From contig OY762209.1 in the NCBI GenBank assembly GCA_963665295.1, positions 256,001 to 320,000 of the forward strand: a stretch of DNA of 64,000 nt, written 5' to 3'. Source of the stretch: Syntrophorhabdaceae bacterium (GTDB lineage: Bacteria; Desulfobacterota; Syntrophorhabdia; Syntrophorhabdales; Syntrophorhabdaceae). Below, in pieces: positions 10,016 through 19,618 of the stretch (positions within the stretch are counted from its first letter, which is position 1; each line of letters begins with the position of its first letter). Both the position numbers and the translations under genes were made by a program. The notes beneath the pieces are model-generated. The model did not search any database and was not told the origin of the DNA. It saw only the letters and a list, made by a program, of their open reading frames with translations.

Positions 10016-10798
10016 CTACTCCGGGGGGTGTTGCCCGGGGGCTTCACTTACGGCGGGGCTTGGATTGGCGGTTTCCCCTCCTTCCCTCACGTCCTCTATC
10101 ACGTCTTCGTACTCGGGGATCACTATGCCTCTTCTTACCATGATATTGTAAATAATCCGGCTCTTGTTTTCCACGTAGCGGCCGTTGCCGTCAACGCGGA
10201 ACTTCCTCGGGTTGGGAAGGACCGCGGCAAGGCGCGCTGCTTCCCCGGCGCTTAAGGATGAGGCGGGTTTTCCATAATAACGCTGGGATGCGGCCTCTAT
10301 GCCGAATATGCCGTCTCCCCATTCCACCACATTGAGATAGATTTCGAGAATTCTCTTCTTCGCGAGGGTCCGCTCAAGCCTCCACGTGATGACGGCCTCC
10401 TTCATCTTCCTCAGGGGGTTCTTCGAAGGGGAAAGATACAGGTTCTTTACAAGCTGCTGACTGATCGTGCTTCCCCCGAATCTGAACTTCTTCGCCAACA
10501 GGTCCTTTTCGATGGCCTTTTGCATGGCGTCCAGGTCAAAGCCGCTATGGGACCAGAATTTGTCGTCTTCCGAGATGAGCACCGCTTTCACGAGAAAAGG
10601 GGATATCCTCGTAAGGGGGACCCACTTCTGCCGTATGGCGAACTTCTTCCCCTTGCTCCTCCACTCGTCCTCGCGGATCTCCATGAGAGCTGTCTTCTTC
10701 GGGTTCTCTCTCTTCAGTTTCGAGAGGTCCGGATAAAGGCTGTAGTAGCCCAGCCCGCACAGGATGACGATAAAAAGAAGCAACACGATCTTCTTCAT
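10016..10798 (-). CDS. mtgA: monofunctional peptidoglycan transglycosylase
   Basis: SEDDKFWSHSG, GGSTISQQLVKNL, RKMKE, LEIYLNVVEWG, LPNP. Confidence 0.93.
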   Translation of the reverse strand: MKKIVLLLFIVILCGLGYYSLYPDLSKLKRENPKKTALMEIREDEWRSKGKKFAIRQKWVPLTRISPFLVKAVLISEDDKFWSHSGFDLDAMQKAIEKDLLAKKFRFGGSTISQQLVKNLYLSPSKNPLRKMKEAVITWRLERTLAKKRILEIYLNVVEWGDGIFGIEAASQRYYGKPASSLSAGEAARLAAVLPNPRKFRVDGNGRYVENKSRIIYNIMVRRGIVIPEYEDVIEDVREGGETANPSPAVSEAPGQHPPE

Positions 10799-10984
10799 AT
10801 CTCCATAGCATAATAAAATGGTGAAAAAAAGGCAAATAAGGGGAAGAACACGATTATTTCAGGGGGATTGGAACCGGTATACAATACAATGTTGACTTTG
10901 GCCGCGCTATGGAGGTATGTATACAAATCGGGTATCCGGTCATCTTATGGAATAAATCATAGTAATAACGAAAAGGAGAAATTC

Positions 10985-13627
10985 ATGGTACGCCACAAAT
11001 GCCTCATCCTCCATCTCTTCCTGGCAGCGTTCCTCTTTTCCGTCATCTTGAGCTTGCCCGCCCATGCGGCCCCCGCCGATAAAGGATCGCCCATGTATTC
11101 TGAAGCCGGGACCACTCACATAGAGGCCGCTTCGACCGACCCCCTCGACAACTGGGTATGGAGAAACCCCCTCCCCCAGCCGAATCTCCTCTCAGGCGTC
11201 GCCTACGGCAATAATATCTATGTGGCCGTGGGGTACTACGACACGATCCTTACCTCCCCCGACGGGGAGACGTGGACCTCGAGATTGTCCGGGATGGGCG
11301 TTCGATTTACCGGCGTTGCATACGGGAACAACATGTTTGTGGCCGTGGGATGTTTGTGGGGTAACACTGTGAAGGTCCTTACCTCACCCGACGGGGTGAC
11401 GTGGACCGAGGCATACTCTAAATCAACGTATCTGGAGCTTCATGGCGTCACATACGGCAACGACAAGTTCGTGGCAGTGGGGGACGACACGGTCCTTACC
11501 TCACCCGACGGGGTGACGTGGACGGAGACGTTTCTGGAGAACGGTACTTCCCTCACCGGAGTCGCTTATGGTAACGGCACGTTTGTGGCGGTAGGGAGTT
11601 ACGGCGAAGTCCTCACTTCCCCTGATGGGGTAAAGTGGACCCACAGGTCCTCGGGAATGGAAAAGTCTTTCTCTGGTATCGCTTACGCAAAAGGTTTGTT
11701 TGTAGCAGTAGGCGATTACGCGGTCTTCACGTCCCCTGACGGGGTGACCTGGACGAAGAGGATTGCAAACGACCACGTTCTCTTCAAGGGAGTCGCTTAC
11801 GGTAACGGCACCTTCGTCACAGTGGGTTATACCACGGGTCCTACCGTGCCCGGCCTTTACGCTATGGCCTTTACGTCCCCGGACGGGGTGACGTGGGCAG
11901 ACCGCCTCAGATTTGCGATAGTTCCCGGTTCGCTTTTGGGCGTCGCTTACGGCAACAACCTTTTTGTGGCGGTGGGTGGTGCCGGCGCGATCTTTATCTC
12001 CCCCGACGGGGAGACGTGGACGAAGAGGGACGGGGGCATGCGGGATCTTGGACTTAAAGGCATCGCTTATGGAAACAGCACGTTCGTGGCCGTCGGGTCC
12101 CGGTACACCTCCGAGAGTACCATCCTGACTTCTCCTGACGGGGTCGCGTGGACGGACCGGGTCCCGCGGCCGGCGTCCAAATTTAACGGTGTCACGTATG
12201 CCGTCAGGACCTTCGTGGCAGTGGGCACGGGCGGCGCGATCGCCACATCGCCCGACGGGGTGACGTGGACGGAGAGGGACACAGGGACCGGCGCCGAACT
12301 GAGGAGCGTTGTATACGGGGGAAACAAGTTTGTGGCGGGGGGCTATGAAGACACAATCCTCACTTCCCCTGACGGGGCGACGTGGACCTTAACGACCACG
12401 GGGACGGGCGAGAATTTTCAGGGCATAACCTACGGCAACGGCACTTACGTGGCCCTTAGCGTTGGTGGTGCATCTTACATCTCCCCTGACGGGGTAACGT
12501 GGACCAGGAGGCCTGCGCCGTTGTCCTTGGGTATCACCTGGGGAGTCGCTTACGGAAACGGCACGTTCGTGGCGGTAGGGGAAGACGGCATCACCACCTC
12601 ACCCGACGGGGTGACATGGACCCGAAGGAGCACAGGGACGTATGGCGGCTTCTACGCCGTTACGTACGCCGACAACACCTTCGTGGCGGTGAGAACCGAT
12701 GTCTACACCTCACCCGACGGGGTGACGTGGACCAGGAGGTTCCCCGGTATGGATTTCCGATTCAACGCCGTCGCTTACGGCGCGAAGTCCTTTGTCGCCG
12801 TGGGAGAGGTCGGCGCAATCCTCCAATCCATCGGGGGCAAAGCATACCCCCTCACCATCACAAAATCCGGCGCAGGTAACGGCGCGGTAACGAGCGATCC
12901 TCCTCGTATCTCATGCGGAGATACATGCTCCTCCACATTTACCGAGGATACGAAAGTGACCCTCACCGCTACGGCCTCCTCCGGATCGACCGTCAAATCC
13001 TGGTCGGGCTGCGTCCCCTCTTCGGGCGGATGCGTCGTGGCCATGAAGAATGCCCGATCGGTAACCGTCAAATTTGATCTCGCGGACCCCGTCAGGCTTA
13101 CCGTAGGCAAAGTAAAAAGGTCCGACGGGGACGGCACGGTGACAAGCGCCGACGGAAAGATCAACTGCGGCAGGGACTGCGTCGAATCCTATGTCTCGGG
13201 CGCCTCCGTAACACTTACCGCAAGCCCGGCGACCCTTTCCACCTTCCTTGGCTGGTCGGTCCCCGCATGCACCGGCGTCGGACCCTGTACATTCCCCGTT
13301 GAAAAGAAACAGACCGTGAAGGCCACGTTTATGGGACCCCAAACCCTCACAGTAACGAATATATCGGCAAGCAGGGGCAAGGGAACGGTTACAAGCGTTC
13401 CGGAAGGTGTAAACTGCGGCAAAACATGCAGATACAAGTTTGCCCATAATGTCTCCGTCGTCCTCTCCGCCGTTCCGGAGTCCGGGTCCTATTTCGCGGG
13501 CTGGTCTCCCGACTCCCTGTGCTCCGGCACAGGAGACTGTACGGTGGTTATGGACAAGGCGAAGAGCGTCACCGCGAAGTTCAAAAAGGGAACCGGCCCT
13601 GCCCGGGAGGAGACGGAGAACCGGTAG
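10985..13627 (+). CDS. secreted beta-propeller (BNR/Asp-box TSPDGVTWT repeats) protein with three InlB B-repeat-like C-terminal modules
   Basis: Signal peptide ending AHA; about 13 VAYGN..FVAVG..TSPDGVTWT repeats; G.VTS...I.CG..C modules; AAGGAG RBS. Confidence 0.85.
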   Translation: MVRHKCLILHLFLAAFLFSVILSLPAHAAPADKGSPMYSEAGTTHIEAASTDPLDNWVWRNPLPQPNLLSGVAYGNNIYVAVGYYDTILTSPDGETWTSRLSGMGVRFTGVAYGNNMFVAVGCLWGNTVKVLTSPDGVTWTEAYSKSTYLELHGVTYGNDKFVAVGDDTVLTSPDGVTWTETFLENGTSLTGVAYGNGTFVAVGSYGEVLTSPDGVKWTHRSSGMEKSFSGIAYAKGLFVAVGDYAVFTSPDGVTWTKRIANDHVLFKGVAYGNGTFVTVGYTTGPTVPGLYAMAFTSPDGVTWADRLRFAIVPGSLLGVAYGNNLFVAVGGAGAIFISPDGETWTKRDGGMRDLGLKGIAYGNSTFVAVGSRYTSESTILTSPDGVAWTDRVPRPASKFNGVTYAVRTFVAVGTGGAIATSPDGVTWTERDTGTGAELRSVVYGGNKFVAGGYEDTILTSPDGATWTLTTTGTGENFQGITYGNGTYVALSVGGASYISPDGVTWTRRPAPLSLGITWGVAYGNGTFVAVGEDGITTSPDGVTWTRRSTGTYGGFYAVTYADNTFVAVRTDVYTSPDGVTWTRRFPGMDFRFNAVAYGAKSFVAVGEVGAILQSIGGKAYPLTITKSGAGNGAVTSDPPRISCGDTCSSTFTEDTKVTLTATASSGSTVKSWSGCVPSSGGCVVAMKNARSVTVKFDLADPVRLTVGKVKRSDGDGTVTSADGKINCGRDCVESYVSGASVTLTASPATLSTFLGWSVPACTGVGPCTFPVEKKQTVKATFMGPQTLTVTNISASRGKGTVTSVPEGVNCGKTCRYKFAHNVSVVLSAVPESGSYFAGWSPDSLCSGTGDCTVVMDKAKSVTAKFKKGTGPAREETENR

Positions 13628-13831
13628 CCGGGGAAGAAGCAGGCCTTCCCTTGCCTCTCTTCGGCGATATCTTCAGGGAAATGGACCCCGGTCCTGCCCG
13701 CAATGTGAAGGACCGTGCCTACCCCCTTGGGTCGGCACATAGTTTATGATATTCTGTTGAGGCGGCACAACGAACCGGCCGGCACGGCCTGTTCTCCGGA
13801 AATGGTTTTCATACCTGTCGATGGAGGGGAC

Positions 13832-15076
13832 ATGAAAAAGACTGCGAAAACGGGTATCCGCCGGGAACACTCATGGAGATTTCCCGCCGAGTTCGAGAGG
13901 CAGGAGGCGGTGTGGCTGGGCTGGGTGAGCAAGGAATACATCACGGGATACGACACGGACCCCGTGTTTCTCCAGATCGTGAAGGCCCTCTCTCCGCACG
14001 TGAAGGTGCGCGTTTGCGTTCCCCATGCGGAATACGAGCAGCACGTCAAGGAAATCCTTCACGAAAGCGGCTGCCCCATGGAGCATGTCTCTTTCTTCGT
14101 GATCCCCTTTACCATGCCTTACTGGCGTGATTTCGGCCCTATCTTCACGGTTGCCGACAAGACCGGCGTCTTGAGTATCGCCGATTTCAATTTCAACTTC
14201 TGGGGCTACCTGCCTGAAAGCCACACGGAATCCCGGATGCTGGAGCGCATTGACCGGACCGTCGCGAAATCCCTCGGCATTGGAAGCAGGATGACCCGCC
14301 TCATCAGCGAAGGAGGCGACAGGGATGTGAACGGCAAGGGCACGATCCTCCTCACGGAAGCGTGCGAGCTCAGGCGTAACCCCAATATGGCCCGGGAAGA
14401 AATCGAAGCGGAATTCACGGAGATCCTCGGCGTCACGAACTTCATATGGCTCAAGCAAGGGGCGGTGGAGGACGACGCCTACAATGCGACCGGCCTTCCC
14501 GGCCCCGGGGGCGAAGGGGTAGCCTTTCGCAGCGCCTCCGCCGACAACCACGTGGACGAATACTGCCGGTTCGTCGCGCCGGATACCGTTCTTCTCGCCG
14601 AAGTGACTGAAAAGGAGGCCGCCATGGGGCCCGTGGAAAAGGAGAACCGGCGGCGCATGGAGGAAAACTATGAAGTGCTGAAGAAAGCGCGGGACCAGGA
14701 CGGAAATCCTTTCAAGATCGTTCGGATTCCCATGCCGGAGCGGCTCTACTTCACCGCCGGTCCGTCCGACGAGACCTACGCATACCTCGCCTCTTCGGCG
14801 CATTTTGTTGATGGGACCCGCTTTCCCTTTGGCGAGCCCATAAAGGTGGTGCCCGCCCAGAGCTATTGTAACTTCCTCATTTCCAACGGCGTAGTGCTGT
14901 CACAGAAGTACTGGAAAAAAGGAATGCCCGACTCCATGAGGAAGAAAGACCAGGCAGCCCTCAAGGTCCTTCGAAAACTCTTCCCGGACCGGGAGGTCAT
15001 CCCCATCGACACCATTCCCATAAATTTCGGCGGTGGCGGTATCCACTGCTGCACCCAACAGGAGCCTCTCCCGTAA
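13832..15076 (+). CDS. agmatine/peptidylarginine deiminase family protein
   Basis: WRFPAEFE, WRDFGP, EGG, HVD, SYCNF, GGGGIHCCTQQEP. Confidence 0.92.
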   Translation: MKKTAKTGIRREHSWRFPAEFERQEAVWLGWVSKEYITGYDTDPVFLQIVKALSPHVKVRVCVPHAEYEQHVKEILHESGCPMEHVSFFVIPFTMPYWRDFGPIFTVADKTGVLSIADFNFNFWGYLPESHTESRMLERIDRTVAKSLGIGSRMTRLISEGGDRDVNGKGTILLTEACELRRNPNMAREEIEAEFTEILGVTNFIWLKQGAVEDDAYNATGLPGPGGEGVAFRSASADNHVDEYCRFVAPDTVLLAEVTEKEAAMGPVEKENRRRMEENYEVLKKARDQDGNPFKIVRIPMPERLYFTAGPSDETYAYLASSAHFVDGTRFPFGEPIKVVPAQSYCNFLISNGVVLSQKYWKKGMPDSMRKKDQAALKVLRKLFPDREVIPIDTIPINFGGGGIHCCTQQEPLP

Positions 15077-15209
15077 CACGGGGCCGCCGACAATACACAA
15101 AGGCGCAGCTTCCCGGGGACAGATGTCGTCACGGCGGCAGTGCGACGAACCCACCGGCATTTCCGCCGTTGGTCGGGGTTGTTTATGGTCCCCAGGACGG
15201 GCGGCGGCG

Positions 15210-16916
15210 CTAATGGTCGAAATGTAACGTAATAAGGTGTTTATCCTGACGGACCGTGAAACCGACATGGTCTGCGTGCCGGCGGATGAGCAGGCCGGAC
15301 ATGCACAGGACGGCATTTTCGTCCTCGAGAAGCTGCTCCGGTGACGGATATTCCCTGACGTCGGGAAACGGCTGTCCGGCGTAGGTTACCTCCACGTCGA
15401 GATTGTATTCGTCAAAACGGGCCCGCACATCTATACCCCCTTCGGATAATCTCAACATGACCATGGATTCCAGCAATTCGCTGACCGCCGCCTGCGCCCG
15501 TTGCACCACCACGCGGCGAGCGCCCCAGGCGGCGCCCCTGCCTTCCAGGAAACGCACGGCCGTGTCGATACTTGCGAGCACAGGTTCAACGCTAAGGTCA
15601 GCGCTCTGCGATGTTCCTATGCGAAATAGAGAGTTTAGGGCCACCGCGCACAGGCACGCAAGGGCAAAAGGGGACCCTACGATGCTGTACAGCCACCCCG
15701 GGAGTCTTTGCGTCAACTCCGTCATCTGAATTGCCGCCAGTCCGACAAGGATGGACATACCCACCACGAAGATACGCCGCGTATCCATCATCCTGGAGAC
15801 AATAAGCTCCATGCCCGAAGTAATGAGAAAGGCGGCGGCATAGGCCAGAATGGCCCCCATCACCGGAACCGGCATGAGCGAGAGCAGTTTGGCTATGGGA
15901 GGGACAAAGGCAGCGGCCAGAATGACCAGGGCTGCCATGGTACCGATGCGGCGCGCCGTAGCCCCTGTGGCCATGGACAGGGCGATATGAGAAGAGGAAA
16001 TGCCCGAACCGCTGGTTCCCAGGGCCCCACACAGGACGACCCCCATTCCGTCGGCCAGTATTCCCTTGCCGACATTCTCCATGTCCGGCCGGACCATCTC
16101 CGCCTGATTGATCTTCTGACACGTAATGATACCGGCAACCGAATCGAGAGAAGAAACGAGGGCGGCGATAAGGAAAGGGACCAACAGGGTCCCCTGGAAA
16201 TGCCAGTCCGGCAGGGAAAACGAGGGCAGCGCAACCAATCCTCTGCTCATGACGCCCCGAAACAAGGCGCCGTCTATTATGCCCAGCAGGAAAGAGGCGA
16301 CATAACCGGCCGATAGTCCGATCAGCAAGGAATAAAGCCGTATATGGCCCCGGGGCCATATGCTGAGGGTTACCATGAGGGACAAGGTTATGCAGGCGAC
16401 AATGACCGAACGTGGATCGACTTCATTGTTGCCATGGATTCCGAGAAATTTCGTCGCCGCCGGACCGGCCATGGTCATGCCGAGCATCGCCACCGCGACG
16501 CCGCATACCTCGGAAGGGAAAAGGCTGCGGAAACGCTTCACAAACCGTGAAAACGCCATGCTGAACGCGCCCGCGCAAAGGATCATGCCGAAGGCAAGGC
16601 CCAGGCCGCCCATTCTTGCCGCCTGAATCGCAACAGGCAGATATATGGGGCCGGTGATATGCACGGCCAGATAGCCGCTGCCTATGCCTTTCTTCCCGAA
16701 ACACTGGAGAAACGTTCCTGCGGCCACCGCAAGGATGGAGGCGGTCACGATCCTCTCCGCATCATTCAGGGTCCCCCCTGCTTCCGTGACCAGCATCAGG
16801 GGATAAACGATGAAGACAAGCGCCAGGGCGGCATGCTGCACGGCAAGCAGCAGCGTTGCCCGCAGCGGCGGTATATCATTAACCCCATAAATGATGTTAA
16901 CAGGCTTCTGTTCCAT
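15210..16916 (-). CDS. NCS2 (xanthine/uracil/ascorbate) permease with C-terminal soluble extension
   Basis: AVQH motif, GILADG, MPVPVMGA; about 130-aa hydrophilic tail. Confidence 0.88.
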   Translation of the reverse strand: MEQKPVNIIYGVNDIPPLRATLLLAVQHAALALVFIVYPLMLVTEAGGTLNDAERIVTASILAVAAGTFLQCFGKKGIGSGYLAVHITGPIYLPVAIQAARMGGLGLAFGMILCAGAFSMAFSRFVKRFRSLFPSEVCGVAVAMLGMTMAGPAATKFLGIHGNNEVDPRSVIVACITLSLMVTLSIWPRGHIRLYSLLIGLSAGYVASFLLGIIDGALFRGVMSRGLVALPSFSLPDWHFQGTLLVPFLIAALVSSLDSVAGIITCQKINQAEMVRPDMENVGKGILADGMGVVLCGALGTSGSGISSSHIALSMATGATARRIGTMAALVILAAAFVPPIAKLLSLMPVPVMGAILAYAAAFLITSGMELIVSRMMDTRRIFVVGMSILVGLAAIQMTELTQRLPGWLYSIVGSPFALACLCAVALNSLFRIGTSQSADLSVEPVLASIDTAVRFLEGRGAAWGARRVVVQRAQAAVSELLESMVMLRLSEGGIDVRARFDEYNLDVEVTYAGQPFPDVREYPSPEQLLEDENAVLCMSGLLIRRHADHVGFTVRQDKHLITLHFDH

Positions 16917-16990
16917 AGGAGGTCGTTACGACTTGGGAGAGTATAGCAAGAATTTCGCCGCAAGGGAAAACAAAAGGAGACTCCGGTCAT

Positions 16991-19111
16991 TCAGGAGGCG
17001 GTACGCGGGCCTCTCAGCACGATTAGTGCGTCGGCGGCAATAGGCGCATCTCCGTCAAGCATGACGGGGTTGATATCCACTTCCTTGATTTCCGGGTGCT
17101 CGACCCCTATGTCACCCAATCTTACGAGAATGTCGGCAAGGCGCTCCATATCCGCGGCCGGCATGCCGCGAAAAGGACCGAGAACCTTTCCGGCCGCGAT
17201 CCCCCTCATCATGTCTACCGCCTCCGCCTTCTTCAACGGCGCTACCCGATAGGAAATATCCTGCAGAACCTCCGCGAAGACGCCACCCAGGCCGAACATT
17301 ACACAGGGGCCGAAGTGGGCGTCGTTGATCAGTCCGATGATAAGCTCCCTGCTCCCCTTGATCATCCGTTGAACGAGTACGGAGCGCTGCCCGGCTCCAC
17401 TCGCCTCCATTATTTCCCTGTACGCCTCCGTCCCTTGGGCGAGGGTCCTGATGTCGAGGTATACGAGACCGAGTTCAGTCTTGTGCGCCATGCCGGGGCC
17501 GCCCGCCTTAATGACGCAGGGAAATCCGATATCCGTCAGGGCTCGTTTGAAGTCCTCGAAATTATGCACTTCTTTCTCTTCGGTAACGGGGATGCCTCCG
17601 GCCCGCAACACCTGCTTTGATGCATGCTCCGTGAGTATGGTCCTGCCTTCCCCTTGAGCCGCCTGTACCTCGTCGAAGGTTAACGGAGGGTGCTTTGCCC
17701 CTTGGCCTGACGTTTCCTTCCCGGACAACGCCGTTGTTCTGAATTGTGCGTACTCCCACAATCGGGCCAAAATTCTGCAGGCCCTTGCCGGATCTGTATA
17801 GACCGGGATGCCGCCGGCCAGGAAAACCGGAAAATCCTCGGATACCGCCCGCATAGTCCCGGACATGGTGGCTACGGCAATGGGCTTACTCGCTCGCAAC
17901 GGTCCCATGGCTTCGATAATATCGTCCCTGAGTCGCTCGCCCCCTACTGCGGTGATAAGCAAAAGCATATCTATATCCTCGCGGGCGACTATCCTCACGG
18001 AATCCTTATGCACCCCGGGCGCCACAAGCGAAATAAAGCCCAGATCGACAGGGTTGCCCGCGGTCGTACCTGCGAGAGCAAGCGTTTCCCGAAGTCTCTC
18101 AAGGGTAAATGCGGAAAATTGAGGCACCTCCAGTCCCAACTCCACGCACAGGTCGGTGCTGCTCACGGCCATGCCGCCCGGTCCGCTGACGATGCCCACC
18201 CGTGGTCCCGCAGGCACCGGCTGGAGGTGGAAGGCATAGAGGCAGTCAAGCATTTCCTCGAAGCTCCCCACGCTGACGATCCCCGCCTGCCTTAGTGCGC
18301 CGTCCCACACCTTCCTTGAACCGGCCAGGGCGCCGGTATGAGACGCCGCGACCCTCGCGCCCGCTTCAGTGTTACCGCCTTTCCAGAGGATAATGGGCTT
18401 TCTTTTCGATATCTCTTTTGCCAGGGCGTAAAAGCGCCTGCCGTCCTTTATTCCCTCGATATATGCGACGATTGTCCTTGTGTCCGGGTCTTCTCCGAGG
18501 TACTCCAGAAAATCGGTTACCGAGAGGTCGCATTCGTTCCCGCAACTCACTGCCTTACTGAACCCGATCCCGTTCCCGTTCACAATGTGGGTGAGGAAAT
18601 CTGCAAAAAAGCCGCTCTGCGATACGAGGCCTACAGAACCTGTTATCCTGCCCCCTCCCGTGGGAAAAGGGAGCCTGGATGAGGGACAATGGATACCGAT
18701 GCAGTTCGGACCTATGATGCGAGAGCCTGTCCGGCGAGCGAGACGGACCATTTCCTGTTCGAGCCCCTTGCCCTTATCTCCCGTCTCCCCGAATCCTGAA
18801 GTCGTGATAACAATAGTCCTCACGCCCTTCGAAACACAACCCTCCACCGCTGCCTTTGCGGCGGCTGTAGGCGTGAGCACGATCGCCATATCCACGGGAC
18901 CGGGGATATCCCCGATATTTCCGTATGCCCGCACCCCCATGACCTCGCTTTCTCGCGGGTTCACCGGATAAAGGTCCTTAAACTCCATCTCTATAAAGCG
19001 TCCCGTAAGCAGCCGGCCGATCTTTCCCGCCTTGTTGGAAGCGCCGATCAGAGCTATGGACTTGGGATGGAAGATAGGGTCAAGCTCGGCAAACATTCCC
19101 GTCGCTGACAT
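16991..19111 (-). CDS. acetate--CoA ligase (ADP-forming) family acyl-CoA synthetase, alpha-beta fusion
   Basis: PKSIALIGAS, IGPNCIG, SQSG, ASHTGALAG, HKTELG, GPCVMFGLGG, DINP. Confidence 0.93.
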   Translation of the reverse strand: MSATGMFAELDPIFHPKSIALIGASNKAGKIGRLLTGRFIEMEFKDLYPVNPRESEVMGVRAYGNIGDIPGPVDMAIVLTPTAAAKAAVEGCVSKGVRTIVITTSGFGETGDKGKGLEQEMVRLARRTGSRIIGPNCIGIHCPSSRLPFPTGGGRITGSVGLVSQSGFFADFLTHIVNGNGIGFSKAVSCGNECDLSVTDFLEYLGEDPDTRTIVAYIEGIKDGRRFYALAKEISKRKPIILWKGGNTEAGARVAASHTGALAGSRKVWDGALRQAGIVSVGSFEEMLDCLYAFHLQPVPAGPRVGIVSGPGGMAVSSTDLCVELGLEVPQFSAFTLERLRETLALAGTTAGNPVDLGFISLVAPGVHKDSVRIVAREDIDMLLLITAVGGERLRDDIIEAMGPLRASKPIAVATMSGTMRAVSEDFPVFLAGGIPVYTDPARACRILARLWEYAQFRTTALSGKETSGQGAKHPPLTFDEVQAAQGEGRTILTEHASKQVLRAGGIPVTEEKEVHNFEDFKRALTDIGFPCVIKAGGPGMAHKTELGLVYLDIRTLAQGTEAYREIMEASGAGQRSVLVQRMIKGSRELIIGLINDAHFGPCVMFGLGGVFAEVLQDISYRVAPLKKAEAVDMMRGIAAGKVLGPFRGMPAADMERLADILVRLGDIGVEHPEIKEVDINPVMLDGDAPIAADALIVLRGPRTAS

Positions 19112-19551
19112 TCGGTCGTCTCCTCATTTCACTCCTGGAGGCTCAGTATTCGATGCATCATCACACCGTAATATGACTGGCGCCGACGGGATAGGCTCGG
19201 TTCCATGATTTCGATGGCTCTCACCGCCCGTTCCGCCATTCTCGGTCCAAGATATTGCTTCAGTTCTACTCCCGGGTCAAAACAATGTCAAATGAATTCC
19301 CCCATGACTCTGCTTCACCCGGCGGCGCCATTCCAACCGGCCTTCATCTCCGGCATCGACTGGTTAAGATATTCCAATTGTTGCCGTGGGGGAATAAGCG
19401 GGAGCATGACCGATCCTTAACTCGATTAAAGGGACGGCCTTTTTCCTGCTGTTGCGATAATGCCGGGACAACCCCTATCACACGATGGCGAGTAATAGAG
19501 CACCGAACAGGCGTGCGGTACGTTCCATTAATGTTCGTTTGTAGTTATGCG

Positions 19552-19593
19552 GAAACAGCAGCTCCGCTGAACTGCCTGCGGAGCTGCTGTTTC
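19552..19593 (-). terminator. terminator hairpin after the multicopper oxidase gene
   Basis: AAACAGCAGCTCCGC-N10-GCGGAGCTGCTGTTT. Confidence 0.8.
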
Positions 19594-19618
19594 ACCTTTG
19601 AATCCTGGTCCGTTTGAT

